Assembly (NCBI GenBank): GCA_964387855.1
Contig: CAYLYA010000008.1
Location: forward strand, 3,404 to 67,403
DNA length: 64,000 nucleotides
Origin: an uncultured Bifidobacterium sp.
GTDB taxonomy: Bacteria; Actinomycetota; Actinomycetes; Nanopelagicales; Nanopelagicaceae
Reading direction: 5' to 3'
Shown: one piece after another, positions 30,160-41,032 of the stretch
Layout of the letters: each line of letters begins with the position of its first letter
Position numbering within the stretch: position 1 is the first letter of the stretch
Notes under the pieces: model-generated
Seen by the model: the letters and a program-made list of their open reading frames with translations, nothing else
What the model was told of the DNA's origin: nothing
The model's database searches: none
Program-made: the position numbers and the translations under genes

Positions 30160-30954
30160 ATGCGGCGAGTACACACCTTTCGGCGAGCGGTTAAAGCAGT
30201 GCTTTACCCGCTCTACGAACGACGCCTTGTCCGAGCCCTCGATTTCACACAGACTCCCCACCATGTAGGCGTCATCTTGGATGGCAACCGCAGGTGGGCA
30301 AAAGAGAACCCGGACGAGCAAGGTCGCACAACGGCTGCGCACGGACACCGCGCCGGCGGCCAGAAGATTATTGAATTCCTTGGGTGGTGCGAGGAAGCGC
30401 AAGTCAAGATTGTCACTATTTGGCTGTTATCTACGGAGAATTTCAAGCGGTCCGAAGAGGAGCTCCAGGCGTTGCTTGCGATCATCGGTGAAACCGTGGA
30501 CAGCCTCAAATCGACGGGGCGTTGGAATATCAACCCTGTTGGCTCTCTCGAACTTCTTCCCGAATGGCTGCAGAGCAAATTGAGTGAGTCGCGCTCTTCT
30601 AATCCCAATGCCATCGAAGTGAACGTGGCGATCAGTTACGGCGGGCGGCGAGAAATCGTTGATGCGGTCAAGGGCTACCTTGAAGATGCGGAAGATCATG
30701 GGCTCTCAACTAAGGAAGCTGCTGAGAAATTGACTGCGGATGCTATTTCGAATTTCCTCTATACGGCAGGTCAGCCAGATCCGGAATTACTTATCCGCAC
30801 ATCAGGGGAGCAAAGGCTTGGGGGATTCTTGCTCTGGCAGAGTGCTCAGTCTGAGTTCTATTTCTGCGAGGCGTACTGGCCTGATTTCCGTCGCGTAGAT
30901 TTCTTGCGTGCACTACGTTCTTACTCTTTGCGCCACCGACGCTTCGGGGCTTAG
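30160..30954 (+). CDS. uppS: Isoprenyl transferase (cis-prenyl diphosphate synthase, UppS family)
   Basis: HVGVILDGNRRWA, TIWLLSTENFKR, IRTSGEQRLGGFLLWQSAQSEFYF and a RRFG C-terminus are canonical cis-IPPS motifs. Confidence 0.9.
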   Translation: MRRVHTFRRAVKAVLYPLYERRLVRALDFTQTPHHVGVILDGNRRWAKENPDEQGRTTAAHGHRAGGQKIIEFLGWCEEAQVKIVTIWLLSTENFKRSEEELQALLAIIGETVDSLKSTGRWNINPVGSLELLPEWLQSKLSESRSSNPNAIEVNVAISYGGRREIVDAVKGYLEDAEDHGLSTKEAAEKLTADAISNFLYTAGQPDPELLIRTSGEQRLGGFLLWQSAQSEFYFCEAYWPDFRRVDFLRALRSYSLRHRRFGA

Positions 30955-31442
30955 TTCAAAAGACTCATAATTAAGGCATCGTAAAAGATTCCATCTATAA
31001 GCATGTAGTTCTTCATCACTCCTTCGGTTTGAAATCCAACTTTCTTGTAGAGCGCGATAGCACTTTCATTATCTGCACGGACGTGAAGGACAATTCGCGA
31101 AATCCCATTCTCCTGAGCCTTTTTGACACAGGAGACCAGAAGCATCTTGCCAATTCCCCGTCCTCGATATTCAGAGACAACACCAATTCCGAGTGAACCT
31201 GAGTGTGTCATCGCTGCGGACTTGTCAGGGAATATGTCGGCCCAGCCAACGATTCTGTCGTCAATCAGAGCAACGAACTGTGAGACATTCGCTGCGATTC
31301 CAGAGGTTACGAATTCAATTGTTCGCTCGAGAGGTGGGGCCGAGAACTGTGCCAGAAAGCGTTTTTCTTTCGCAACCAAATCGAGAGCCTCGCGAAAGCC
31401 ATCTATGTCTTCTTCCTTAATCGCTCTTACTTGGATGGTCAT
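30951..31442 (-). CDS. GNAT-family N-acetyltransferase
   Basis: VSEYRGRGIGKMLL (the acetyl-CoA binding Q/RxxGxG/A motif) and NESAIALYKKVGF. Confidence 0.85.
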   Translation of the reverse strand: MTIQVRAIKEEDIDGFREALDLVAKEKRFLAQFSAPPLERTIEFVTSGIAANVSQFVALIDDRIVGWADIFPDKSAAMTHSGSLGIGVVSEYRGRGIGKMLLVSCVKKAQENGISRIVLHVRADNESAIALYKKVGFQTEGVMKNYMLIDGIFYDALIMSLLN

Positions 31443-31548
31443 TGGTTAAGCCCTCTCGGCACGGTGCATCGATGCGAAGTGGTAATAGTTTCACAGTCGA
31501 GGGTAAATAGGCGAGCGAGTTAATAACTCGTTCGCGTACGCTTTCAGC

Positions 31549-31878
31549 ATGTCGCAATTTATAGATCCATATATAGCCGTCATTTTTACGTCCACTCGCA
31601 CTCTTGATTATGGCGAGGAGTATTCGCAATGGGCAACAAGGATGATCGATCTAGTTAGGACACAACCGGGTTTCCTCTCGGAGGTAAGCGCAAGAGATCC
31701 AGAAACCCGATTTGGTATCACGATTTCGTACTTCAAGGACGAAGAATCGGTCAAAAGATGGAAGGACGTCCAGGAGCATCAGCAAGCGCAAAAACTTGGT
31801 CAGGAGAAGTTTTATTCGGAGTACACGGTTAAAGTCGCTACCGTTTACCGAGAATATGCGGTAACGACACAGAATTGA
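31549..31878 (+). CDS. Antibiotic-biosynthesis-monooxygenase (ABM/Dabb-fold) domain protein
   Basis: 109 aa. YIAVIFTSTR....GFLSEVSARD....ITISYFKDEESVKRWKD..EHQQAQ is typical of ABM-domain proteins. Confidence 0.65.
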   Translation: MSQFIDPYIAVIFTSTRTLDYGEEYSQWATRMIDLVRTQPGFLSEVSARDPETRFGITISYFKDEESVKRWKDVQEHQQAQKLGQEKFYSEYTVKVATVYREYAVTTQN

Positions 31879-31886
31879 TGTGCTGG

Positions 31887-32654
31887 CTAGAACGAACCAC
31901 GCTCTTCTTCTAACGAGTTGCCCCCGTCAACAACTATCAATTGCCCTGTTATGTATGAGGCACCGGGAGAGCAAAGCCAGGCAACGGCGCTGGCGACTTC
32001 ATCGGGAATTCCTGATCTGCCCATTGGCGTGGCATCTCCATGAGAAATCTCGAATGTGGTCTGGGAATCTGTAGCAATCCACCCGGGGGCGATCGCGTTG
32101 ACGGTGATGTTGTTCTTGGCTTCGTCAAGTGCCAATGCTCGAGTGAGGCCCACAAGGCCCGCTTTGGCAGATGCGTAGGCGACGTTGTTGTGGATGGCCG
32201 AAATTGTTCCGGTTGTGCTTGAGATCATCACTATGCGCCCAGATTGTTGCACTCGAATGTGGGGAAGTGCGGCCTGAGTGACTAAAAACGCCGAGTCAAG
32301 ATTGCGCGCGAATGATTTCCTCCATTTTTCTATAGACGTCTCATCGATTGAATTGAACTCCTCGTTGCCATTGTCAACCACACTTGTCATTCCCGCGTTG
32401 TTGACTAGTCCATCAAGTCCGCCGAGTTTCTCAATCGCAAGGGTGATCAACTCTTGCACTTGCCCTTGGTCTGTCAGATCGGCTGAGGCACCTATAGCAC
32501 CAAGTTCCTTTGCGCGATCATGCACGCGCTCCGATAGAGAAGTAAGGAAGACCGAGGCACCTTGTTGTCGCAGTGCCTTCGCGGCAGCGAATCCAATACC
32601 ATGGGAGGAGCCAGCACCTGTTATCAAGAAACGCTTTCCAGTGGAATCGAACAT
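31887..32654 (-). CDS. SDR-family oxidoreductase (FabG-like)
   Basis: [10 protein letters not shown] (TGxxxGxG), NNAG, the YASAKAG catalytic YxxxK and a PGWI motif. Confidence 0.9.
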   Translation of the reverse strand: MFDSTGKRFLITGAGSSHGIGFAAAKALRQQGASVFLTSLSERVHDRAKELGAIGASADLTDQGQVQELITLAIEKLGGLDGLVNNAGMTSVVDNGNEEFNSIDETSIEKWRKSFARNLDSAFLVTQAALPHIRVQQSGRIVMISSTTGTISAIHNNVAYASAKAGLVGLTRALALDEAKNNITVNAIAPGWIATDSQTTFEISHGDATPMGRSGIPDEVASAVAWLCSPGASYITGQLIVVDGGNSLEEERGSF

Positions 32655-32716
32655 GAGTCAGACTCTACATCGCTGCATCTTTCTCTACTTGAACTGATAC
32701 GAGGTAGATTTGCGGC

Positions 32717-33586
32717 ATGAAGAAGTCAAGGAATTCAGCAGTTCTGACTGCTTCGGCTATTGCAGCCATTCTACTTTTAAGTGGCTGTGGCTCATCGCCT
32801 GCTCCTACACCCACTCCACCCCACACGATTTCGACAAGTCCTGCTTCTACGCCATCAAGCAGTCCAATTCCGACCATCGTCACAAAGGCCTACGCGCAGT
32901 ATTGGGTCGCGGATACCTCGCGAGGGTTTCGCCTCTATCGTGAGTTTGTTCGTCTTGAAGTGACACCTGACCCGATCACGACTGCCTTGACAGCGCTGAT
33001 CGCGGGCAAGCCGAAAGATTCTGATTACGTCACTTTGTGGCCCAAAGAAACGAAGATCAACAGCGTCGTTGTTGCTGGAGACAAGGCGAGCATTGACCTC
33101 ACATTGGGCAAGATGAATGTTGGCTCAGAAGCAGAATCGATGGCGATTGAGCAGCTGGTGTGGACGGCAACTGCTGCCAATACAAAAGTGAAGAGAATCC
33201 AGTTGACCGTCGACGGGAAGATCGTCGAATCGATCGCCGGTCATGTCGATGCCACAAAGCTTTTCAAACGCGGTCTGACATACGAAGTATTGGCGCCAGT
33301 GTGGATCACCTCCCCTGAGGAGGGAGCCCAGGTAGGTGCGCAGGGATTCAAACTCAGCGGCATGGCGTCCACTTTTGAAGCCAACGTCGCTTGGAAAGTC
33401 TTCCAGAACGGGAAGTTGGTCAAGCAAGGTTCGACCACTGCCGCCGAAGCTGCCCCGGCCTGGAAGCCGTGGAGTGTGGCAATAACTGGACTCACAGCCG
33501 GTAAATACATGTTCATCGCGATGGAGTACTCGCCTAAAGATGGCTCCTTGGTCGCCCAAGATACGAAGAATGCAACTCTGATTTAA
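32717..33586 (+). CDS. Lipoprotein with GerMN-like and Ig-like (Gmad2-like) domains
   Basis: Signal peptide plus lipobox LLSGC and a Pro/Ser/Thr linker. The motifs ..YWVADTSRGFRLYREF.. and ...WITSPEEGAQV...FEANVAWKV resemble GerMN plus Gmad2 architectures. Confidence 0.6.
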   Translation: MKKSRNSAVLTASAIAAILLLSGCGSSPAPTPTPPHTISTSPASTPSSSPIPTIVTKAYAQYWVADTSRGFRLYREFVRLEVTPDPITTALTALIAGKPKDSDYVTLWPKETKINSVVVAGDKASIDLTLGKMNVGSEAESMAIEQLVWTATAANTKVKRIQLTVDGKIVESIAGHVDATKLFKRGLTYEVLAPVWITSPEEGAQVGAQGFKLSGMASTFEANVAWKVFQNGKLVKQGSTTAAEAAPAWKPWSVAITGLTAGKYMFIAMEYSPKDGSLVAQDTKNATLI

Positions 33587-34561
33587 CTATTTATTGCAGT
33601 AAGCGCTTGTTGGATCGCCATTGGCCAGAGGGAGTTTTTCGGCGAGGGCTTGATCACTCGGTGATAAATACCCGCCTTGATACCAGCAGACCGAATACTT
33701 TGAATATTTTTGATCTGCATCGCTGGAGAAATTTGCGGGCAGTCTTGAATTGGGGTTGCGAAGATCCAATAAACCAAAGTCGATGAAGGTTCCTAGGCTG
33801 TCCGGGCCCGCCGGTGGTGGCATGCCGACGCCAATTGCGATCACGTCTCCCCCATGCACTTGAACTGGCGGGTCTAATGAGGTTTCGCGGGAGTCATCCT
33901 TTACCGCGGCAGGAATATTTTTGAGGATTTGTGAAAATTGCGCCGATGGCAGATACAAGTGATCCAGTCGAACCATAAACCCACATGGAGATTGAATGTT
34001 GAGGCCGAATTGGTAGGTGCCTGCCTCTATATATTGGAATGCCTGCACGACGCTCCCATCGAAGGGAACAGTAATCTTGGTGTCAGTTAGGTATGCGCCG
34101 TAGGTCGACCAGCGCAGTCCGCCATGGGGTTTGTAACTTCCGCCTCTTGTTTGTCCAGGGCGAAGGATTGAAACTGGTTTGGTGAAATCAAGCAGCGCAC
34201 CCGTTGGGATTATTGGGAGTGTGCATAGCGGTGGAGTTCCATTTGCAACCCACTTGCCCTGGTTGTCCATCCAATTCCAGATGACCGGGCCACCCTTCGG
34301 TGAAGGCGCGGGGAGGGCAGATTTCTTGATGCCGAGAGCAAGGGTCCATAGCAACTTCTTGCCTGATTTTTTGCAGATGTAGACCATCCCGTTGTCTTTT
34401 TGGGTGAGTCCGGCCTTCTTGCATAGGGATCCAACTTTGGGACTTGCTGCCTGCGCAGTATTGAAAAAGAGCGCCGAGAGGACAAGTGCGGCGATAGTAA
34501 TCGTGCCAACAAATCTGGGTTGCGGTCCCATCGAGGGATGATATTGAAGAAATTGGATCAT
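33587..34561 (-). CDS. Secreted hypothetical protein
   Basis: Signal peptide ...IAALVLSALFFNTAQA/AS, an N-terminal Cys pair (GSLCKKAGL...MVYICKK) and further Cys residues. No catalytic motif recognised. The start may be the internal ATG at 34531. Confidence 0.6.
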   Translation of the reverse strand: MIQFLQYHPSMGPQPRFVGTITIAALVLSALFFNTAQAASPKVGSLCKKAGLTQKDNGMVYICKKSGKKLLWTLALGIKKSALPAPSPKGGPVIWNWMDNQGKWVANGTPPLCTLPIIPTGALLDFTKPVSILRPGQTRGGSYKPHGGLRWSTYGAYLTDTKITVPFDGSVVQAFQYIEAGTYQFGLNIQSPCGFMVRLDHLYLPSAQFSQILKNIPAAVKDDSRETSLDPPVQVHGGDVIAIGVGMPPPAGPDSLGTFIDFGLLDLRNPNSRLPANFSSDADQKYSKYSVCWYQGGYLSPSDQALAEKLPLANGDPTSAYCNK

Positions 34562-34621
34562 GAGAATATGTAGGAGCAGGGAGTTTTCTAAACAGAGCGT
34601 TAATTTTGGGAATCGCTAAGC

Positions 34622-36019
34622 GTGTCGCTTATGACCCGAGGGGTGGGAGTTCTACCGTTTTCTTATCCGATCCCTACGAGCACAATTACACAGAATGCGA
34701 GCGCTGGTTTGACTTCTCCGGCAGGCAAAAAGACGTTTGTTCTCGATACCAGTGTTCTGCTGGCTGATCCTGGTGCTCTCACCCGCTTTGCGGAGCATGA
34801 AGTCATCATTCCGATAGTTGTCATTGGCGAACTCGAGACCAAACGCGACCATCCAGAACTGGGCTTCTTCGCTCGTGCGGCCCTGCGCGCCCTTGACGAT
34901 CTTCGCGTCACTCATGGCCGCCTCGACCAGCCATTACGCATCACTCCTGAGGGTGGAACCCTCGCGGTCGAACTCAACCACTCTGACTTGTCTTCCTTAC
35001 CCCAAGGATTCTTGCGAGATGGCAGTAACGATTCCCGTATTCTGGCGATCGCCCGCAACCTCATGGCCGATGGCCGCGACGTCGTACTGGTAAGTAAAGA
35101 CCTGCCCCTTCGAGTCAAGGCGTCGTCGGTGGGCGTTGAGGCCCAGGAGTATCTGGCCGAGCTGGCTTCCTCCAGTGGTTGGTCGGGGATGATCGAACTT
35201 GATGTCGGGGCAAGCCTCATCGATGAACTTTATGCATCCGATCGCGCCGATCATGAGATCGCACCGACCCTTCCTTGTCACACGGGCATCGTTCTTCACT
35301 CGGAGAAGGGAAGCGCCCTGGCCCGCGTCACCTCCGACAAGCAGCTCCAGTTGGTGCGAGGGGATAGGAGCGCATTCGGATTGCACGGCCGAAGCGCCGA
35401 ACAGCGGGTTGCCCTTGATCTTCTTCTTGATCCAGAAATTGGAATCGTCTCAATGGGAGGCCGCGCCGGAACTGGCAAGAGCGCGCTCGCTTTGTGCGCG
35501 GGACTTGAAGCAGTGATGGAGCGACGCCAACATAAGAAGGTCGTTGTCTTTCGTCCTCTCTACCCAGTCGGCGGGCAGGAACTCGGATTTCTTCCCGGCA
35601 GTGAAGGCGAAAAGATGTCTCCGTGGGCGCAGGCTGTTTTTGACACCCTCGGGGCGCTTGTAAGCCAGCCGGTGATCGATGAGATTCTCGACCGCGGCCT
35701 TATCGAGGTTTTGCCGCTCACCCATATCCGCGGGCGCTCGCTTCATGACTCCTATGTCATCGTGGACGAGGCTCAATCTCTCGAACGCGGAGTCCTTCTG
35801 ACCGTCCTGTCGAGGATCGGCCAGGGCTCAAGGGTGATCCTGACCCATGACGTTGCCCAGAGAGACAACCTGCGAGTCGGCCGTCACGATGGAGTCGCCG
35901 CGGTCATCGAAACTCTGAAAGGTCATCCACTTTTTGCCCACGTCACATTGACTCGGAGCGAGCGATCCCCGATTGCTGCCCTTGTCACCGAACTTCTTGA
36001 GGGCCCGATCCCAACCTAG
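34622..36019 (+). CDS. PIN-PhoH fusion ATPase (PhoH2-type)
   Basis: An N-terminal PIN domain ([11 protein letters not shown] ... NDSRILA) is fused to a PhoH ATPase with Walker A GRAGTGKS and Walker B YVIVDEAQ. Start is GTG 34622 or ATG 34631. Confidence 0.85.
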   Translation: MSLMTRGVGVLPFSYPIPTSTITQNASAGLTSPAGKKTFVLDTSVLLADPGALTRFAEHEVIIPIVVIGELETKRDHPELGFFARAALRALDDLRVTHGRLDQPLRITPEGGTLAVELNHSDLSSLPQGFLRDGSNDSRILAIARNLMADGRDVVLVSKDLPLRVKASSVGVEAQEYLAELASSSGWSGMIELDVGASLIDELYASDRADHEIAPTLPCHTGIVLHSEKGSALARVTSDKQLQLVRGDRSAFGLHGRSAEQRVALDLLLDPEIGIVSMGGRAGTGKSALALCAGLEAVMERRQHKKVVVFRPLYPVGGQELGFLPGSEGEKMSPWAQAVFDTLGALVSQPVIDEILDRGLIEVLPLTHIRGRSLHDSYVIVDEAQSLERGVLLTVLSRIGQGSRVILTHDVAQRDNLRVGRHDGVAAVIETLKGHPLFAHVTLTRSERSPIAALVTELLEGPIPT

Positions 36020-36314
36020 GCATTTCCACGTGGTTCGAAAGTCGGTGGGAAGGGCTCTGGAATTACCAGTGTGTCCCCAAGAAATAGGTCACACTCACAT
36101 TTCGGACATATCGGACTTTCCCCTGTACGACCTGCCCTTTTACTTGTCCACAACGGATGAGATTTCTGGGAGTTTTCGGCTCACGCGTGGATGGATTTGC
36201 GCATATACCCCCGCCTTGCCAATCTTTATGCATTCCCCCCTCCCCGTGAAGCCCATTTGGGCTCCTATCGGGTTGGGGCCCGACAGCGATAGATGCACTG
36301 AAAGGAGACGCCAG

Positions 36315-36947
36315 TTGAGTTTGTCGAGTTCCATTGATCAATGGGTAGCCTCAGCCTCCACGCGCCTTCGTCGTCTTGCCAACAAGTCCCTGGCTGCCTG
36401 GGCCAGTGTCGTGGTCCTTCTGGTTCTGGCCACGGTCCAGCCCAGTGCCTACGGCCTTGAGTTCCCGATGACCTCCCATATCTCCGTCCCGGAAGAGGTC
36501 AACCTATCGGTAGTTCCAACCCCAACGCCCACGACGGCCTCGGTTGCTCTTTACAGCCAGATGCAGACGACGGCTCTTGTGTCATCAAATGAACTTGCGA
36601 TGGTTGCACTTCAAAGTCAACAGATCGAAATGGCTCGAACCATCACTGGTGCACAGAGTGTCGCAAAATTACTGATGGCAACGAAATATAAATGGGGCGC
36701 AAGTCAGTTCGGTTGTTTGAAGACTCTCTGGCTACATGAAAGCCACTGGAATTACAAAGCACATAATCATTCATCGGGTGCACACGGCATTGCGCAAGCA
36801 TTGCCAGCAGACAAGATGAGCATCATCGCTACTGACTGGCGCACCAATCCAGTCACGCAGATTCGTTGGGGACTTCATTACATCGACGTCCGCTACTCAA
36901 CACCATGCAAGGCGTTGCGAACTTTCAATTGGCGAGGCTCGTACTAG
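36315..36947 (+). CDS. Secreted protein with C-terminal transglycosylase-like / aggregation-promoting-factor-like domain
   Basis: I chose TTG 36315, 7 nt after AAAGGAG, with a signal anchor [15 protein letters not shown]. The C-terminus is [38 protein letters not shown]...WGLHYI. The track ORF from 35973 is a stop-free upstream read-through. Confidence 0.6.
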   Translation: MSLSSSIDQWVASASTRLRRLANKSLAAWASVVVLLVLATVQPSAYGLEFPMTSHISVPEEVNLSVVPTPTPTTASVALYSQMQTTALVSSNELAMVALQSQQIEMARTITGAQSVAKLLMATKYKWGASQFGCLKTLWLHESHWNYKAHNHSSGAHGIAQALPADKMSIIATDWRTNPVTQIRWGLHYIDVRYSTPCKALRTFNWRGSY

Positions 36948-38608
36948 CTTGGCCGAGTGCCAATCCTTAATGGTTTTGATGTCTCGGCATAGAAGTCATT
37001 TCCCTTATCGTCGATGACGATAAACGCTGGAAAATCAACCACATCTATTTTCCAGACCGCCTCCATGCCCAATTCGGCGAAGTCGAGAACTTCGACTTTT
37101 TTGATGCAATCAAGGGCCAATCGGGCAGCCGGTCCTCCGATTGAGCCTAGATAGAAACCGCCGTAGTTCTTGCACGCATCCGTGACCGCTTTGGATCGAT
37201 TGCCCTTTGCCAACATGACAAAGGATCCGCCCTTTGATTGGAAGTACTCGACGTATGAATCCATGCGGCCTGCGGTCGTTGGACCGAATGAACCAGATGC
37301 ATATCCCTCTGGCGTCTTTGCAGGACCCGCGTAGTAGACGGGGTAATCGCGTAGATAGTCTGGCATCGGCTTTCCTGCGTCCATGTCGGCTTTGATCTTT
37401 GCGTGTGCGAGATCGCGTGCGACCACCAGAGTTCCAGTGAGGGAGATTCTTGTCTTCACTGGATACTTGCTCAATTCCTCGCGGACCTTTGCCATGCCTT
37501 GATTGAGATCGATCTTTACGACATCTTCATCGCCTTCAATCGTGTGTGCTGTTATGGCATCTGGAAGGAAGTGTGCGGGCTCTCGCTCGAGATCCTCCAA
37601 AAAGATGCCATCAGCAGTGATTTTGGCTTTCGCCTGGCGGTCTGCCGAACATGAGACCGCGATCGCGATAGGCAGCGAGGCGCCGTGGCGAGGGAGGCGA
37701 ATGACGCGAACGTCGTGGCAGAAATACTTGCCACCGAACTGCGCCCCGATTCCGAGGGTGCGGGTGAGTTTTAGAACTTCCTGCTCCATCTCGAGGTCGC
37801 GGAAGCCGTGACCGGTCTGCGCATCGCCTGAGGTCGGAAGTGAGTCGAGGTACTTGGTGCTTGCCAACTTGGAAGTCTTCACCGTGTACTCCGCGCTTGT
37901 TCCGCCGATGACGATCGCAAGGTGATACGGCGGGCACGCTGATGTGCCGAGCGAACGAAGTTTTTCCTCAAGCCATGGATAGAAACTCGCAGGGTTGAGG
38001 ATCGCCTTGGTCTCTTGATACAAGAAGGACTTGTTGGCACTTCCCCCGCCCTTTGCAATATAAAGGAACGAAAATTCATCTGGATGGTCGGAGTTGGCAT
38101 AGATCTCGACTTGGGCGGGAAGGTTGTTCCCTGTGTTCTTTTCTTCCCACATGTTTATAGGGGCCATCTGTGAATAGCGCAGATTCAAGCGCGTGTATGC
38201 GTCATAAATACCTTGTGAAATCGATGCCTCGTCTTTGCCTTCGGTCAGAACATGTTGACCTTTCTTGGCCATGACTAGAGCAGTGCCGGTGTCTTGGCAC
38301 ATTGGTAGGACTCCGCCAGCAGAGATGTTCGCGTTCTTGAGAAGATCCAACGCGACGAAGCGATCATTCGGTGAACTCTCTGGATCGTCAAGAATGCTTG
38401 CCAACTGACCAAGGTGCGCAGTGCGCAGATAATGCGAAATGTCGTGGAGCGCGGTCTCACTTAGTCGGGTGATTGCCTCGGGCGATACGTGAAGGAATTT
38501 CTTATCTCCAAGTTGGACTGTCGTCACGCCCTCTTTTCCGAGAGAGCGATATTTCGTCTTGTCTTCACCGAGAGGAAGGATGTCTGAGTAATTGAAAGTC
38601 GGGCTCAT
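36944..38608 (-). CDS. Class I (Fe-S) fumarate hydratase
   Basis: 554 aa with CQDTGTA, the KGGGSANKS region and a C-terminal beta-domain [10 protein letters not shown]...GKG. This is the FumA/B-type two-domain architecture. Confidence 0.92.
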   Translation of the reverse strand: MSPTFNYSDILPLGEDKTKYRSLGKEGVTTVQLGDKKFLHVSPEAITRLSETALHDISHYLRTAHLGQLASILDDPESSPNDRFVALDLLKNANISAGGVLPMCQDTGTALVMAKKGQHVLTEGKDEASISQGIYDAYTRLNLRYSQMAPINMWEEKNTGNNLPAQVEIYANSDHPDEFSFLYIAKGGGSANKSFLYQETKAILNPASFYPWLEEKLRSLGTSACPPYHLAIVIGGTSAEYTVKTSKLASTKYLDSLPTSGDAQTGHGFRDLEMEQEVLKLTRTLGIGAQFGGKYFCHDVRVIRLPRHGASLPIAIAVSCSADRQAKAKITADGIFLEDLEREPAHFLPDAITAHTIEGDEDVVKIDLNQGMAKVREELSKYPVKTRISLTGTLVVARDLAHAKIKADMDAGKPMPDYLRDYPVYYAGPAKTPEGYASGSFGPTTAGRMDSYVEYFQSKGGSFVMLAKGNRSKAVTDACKNYGGFYLGSIGGPAARLALDCIKKVEVLDFAELGMEAVWKIDVVDFPAFIVIDDKGNDFYAETSKPLRIGTRPS

Positions 38609-38811
38609 GATGTCGGCTTAATCGAGTCGAGTTTTGCGCGCGCACCGTCTAGCCACTCTTGGCATATGCCAGCTAGTTCTTCGCCGCGCTCCCAGAGTTT
38701 GAGGGATTGTTCAAGTGTGGCTCCTCCTGTTTCAAGGCTATTAACTACCTGCATTAATTCATCCCGGGCGGCCTCGTAGGAAAGTTTTTCTGATTTCTTC
38801 TCAGGTGACAT
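38605..38811 (-). CDS. xseB: Exodeoxyribonuclease VII small subunit
   Basis: 68 aa. [42 protein letters not shown] is the XseB signature. It lies downstream of xseA. Confidence 0.85.
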   Translation of the reverse strand: MSPEKKSEKLSYEAARDELMQVVNSLETGGATLEQSLKLWERGEELAGICQEWLDGARAKLDSIKPTS

Positions 38812-38827
38812 GGGCGCAAATCTACTC

Positions 38828-40027
38828 TCAACTCGTCTCTACGACTGCCCCAATTTCTCCTAGGGCCAGTCGAATCCGAAGTCTCTCGCCAGCCGAGAGT
38901 TCTTTCGGATCACGAGCGATGCTCCCATCGCTGCGCTGAACCACTGAGTAACCACGGTCCAATGTTGATTGTGGTGACAAAGATCGCACCCTGGCATAGA
39001 TATGGAGTAGTTCTTCTCGAGCAAGATCAACGGCATGTGAGGTGCTTCGGTGTGATCTATCACGCAATCCTGTAATGATCTCTTGACGAGTGGTGATGAG
39101 AACCATCGGATCTTTCAGTACGGGTCGCTCTCGTAATGCAAGCACCCTTGACGTCTCAAGATCTAGGAAATTCAGGAGTCTGCGATTTGCTCGACTGCGG
39201 AGTTGGTTGATCATCGCAAGTTCCTCTTCGATATCTGGCACCACTCTCTTTGCGGCATCCGTCGGCGTTGACGCACGGACATCTGCCACAAGATCCAACA
39301 ACGGCGCATCTTGTTCGTGCCCAATGGCGCTGACGATGGGGGTTTCACAAGAGGCTGCAAGGCGGACCAGGCCCTCATCAGAGAAAGGAAGGAGATCCTC
39401 GAAAGATCCACCGCCTCGGGTGATGATGATGACATCGACTTCTGGGTTGGCTTCTAACTCTCGCAGCGCTGCTGAGACCTCGATTACTGCTGCCGCACCC
39501 TGAACGGCAACTTCGCGAATTTCAAATTCAACTGCGGGCCAACGGCGCCTTGCATTTTCCACGACATCTTTTTCCGCGGCGCTGTTGCGTCCGCAGATCA
39601 ACCCGACTCGTCGTGGGAGAAGGGGCAAAGATTTCTTCAGATCGAGCGCGAAGAGTCCTTCAGATGCAAGCAGTTGTTTGAGATGCTCAAGCCGCGCAAG
39701 AAGTTCGCCGATTCCCACCTGTCGAATTTCTTTCGCTGACAGTGAGATCGTGCCGTTCTTTGTGTAGAAAGAAACCTTGGCCAGAATCACGACACGGGCA
39801 TTTTGCGGAAGTGGTGACACAGGTGCAAGGACAGTGCGGTGACACATGACCGAAAGACTCATATCCACGCTGGTATCTCGAAGGCGCATGAACGCCATGC
39901 CCGTGCGCTCGTTGATCTCTGAGATCTCGCCTTCGATCCAGATGGGACCCAGACGATCTATGTATTCCTTGAGATTTTCAGAGATGACTCGTACTGGCGC
40001 TGGTGATTCCGCTGAAGTTTCGAGCAC
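38828..40027 (-). CDS. xseA: Exodeoxyribonuclease VII large subunit
   Basis: 399 aa with WIEGEISE (OB fold), ITRGGGSFEDL, AIGHEQD and RASTPT motifs. Confidence 0.9.
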   Translation of the reverse strand: MLETSAESPAPVRVISENLKEYIDRLGPIWIEGEISEINERTGMAFMRLRDTSVDMSLSVMCHRTVLAPVSPLPQNARVVILAKVSFYTKNGTISLSAKEIRQVGIGELLARLEHLKQLLASEGLFALDLKKSLPLLPRRVGLICGRNSAAEKDVVENARRRWPAVEFEIREVAVQGAAAVIEVSAALRELEANPEVDVIIITRGGGSFEDLLPFSDEGLVRLAASCETPIVSAIGHEQDAPLLDLVADVRASTPTDAAKRVVPDIEEELAMINQLRSRANRRLLNFLDLETSRVLALRERPVLKDPMVLITTRQEIITGLRDRSHRSTSHAVDLAREELLHIYARVRSLSPQSTLDRGYSVVQRSDGSIARDPKELSAGERLRIRLALGEIGAVVETS

Positions 40028-40052
40028 GCATGGATCCTAATAGACTGCACCC

Positions 40053-41027
40053 ATGCCGAAGAAGGTCTTGCTTGCCGCTCCGCGTGGCTATTGCGCTGGT
40101 GTCGACCGCGCGGTGATCACCGTTGAGAAGGCGCTGGATCTCTATGGGTCCCCGGTCTACGTCCGCAAGCAGATTGTCCACAACAAGCATGTGGTCTCCA
40201 CGTTGGAAGCACGCGGTGCAATTTTCGTCGATGAGACAGATGAGGTACCAGAGGGTGCATTCGTAGTCTTCTCCGCACACGGGGTGTCTCCTCAAGTTCA
40301 CGAGGATGCGGCGAAAAGACATTTGAGAACCATCGACGCGACATGCCCTCTGGTGACGAAAGTGCACCACGAAGCCAAGCGGTTTGCATCCGAGGATATT
40401 GAGATTCTGCTGATCGGCCACGAAGGCCATGAAGAAGTTGAAGGCACGGCGGGTGAGGCAGTCGGCAAGGTGCAACTCATCGACGGCATCGAGCACATCA
40501 AGGACATCAAGGTCAAAGACGAGAACAAGGTTGCCTGGCTATCCCAGACGACCTTGAGTGTCGACGAAACTTTGGCGACCGTTGCAGCGCTCCGAGAGCG
40601 ATTCCCCAACATCATCGACCCACCCAGTGATGACATTTGCTATGCGACGCAGAACAGACAAGTCGCCATCAAGCAGATCGCGCCCCTTGCAGATTTAGTC
40701 CTCGTTGTTGGATCGACCAATTCTTCGAACTCCGTGCGCTTGGTCGAAGTCGCAAAAGAATATGGATCCCCTGCCGCCTACCTCATCGACTTCGCAGCAG
40801 AGGTCCAAGACGAATGGTTGGATGGCGTTGAGACCGTCGGAGTCACGAGCGGTGCATCAGTGCCTGAGATCTTGGTGAAGGACCTGCTTGATTGGCTTGC
40901 CAAGCGCGGGTACGGCGAAGTCGAAACAGTAAATGCCAAAGAAGAATCACTGCTTTTCGCACTCCCTCCCGAGCTTCGCAAGGACCTCAAAGTTGCGGGA
41001 CAGGATTCCATTACTCACAAGAAGTAG
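40053..41027 (+). CDS. ispH: 4-hydroxy-3-methylbut-2-enyl diphosphate reductase
   Basis: [32 protein letters not shown] and VGSTNSSNS are IspH/LytB motifs, including the three Cys ligands. Confidence 0.93.
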   Translation: MPKKVLLAAPRGYCAGVDRAVITVEKALDLYGSPVYVRKQIVHNKHVVSTLEARGAIFVDETDEVPEGAFVVFSAHGVSPQVHEDAAKRHLRTIDATCPLVTKVHHEAKRFASEDIEILLIGHEGHEEVEGTAGEAVGKVQLIDGIEHIKDIKVKDENKVAWLSQTTLSVDETLATVAALRERFPNIIDPPSDDICYATQNRQVAIKQIAPLADLVLVVGSTNSSNSVRLVEVAKEYGSPAAYLIDFAAEVQDEWLDGVETVGVTSGASVPEILVKDLLDWLAKRGYGEVETVNAKEESLLFALPPELRKDLKVAGQDSITHKK

Positions 41028-41032
41028 GTCTC

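Noticed and set aside
36195-36250. C-rich runs (ACCCCCGCC, TTCCCCCCTCCCC) reminiscent of the actinobacterial 6C sRNA
   Set aside because: The C runs are not presented in the loops of two stable hairpins. Only a 5-bp GCATA/TATGC pairing is available, and the element lies in an mRNA leader.
35973-36314. A stop-free frame joining the PhoH2 3' end to the transglycosylase-like gene (track ORF 35973..36947)
   Set aside because: The upstream 114 codons overlap PhoH2 and then encode Cys/Arg/Pro-rich sequence. A strong AAAGGAG RBS plus an in-frame TTG at 36315, followed by a signal anchor, is a more credible start.
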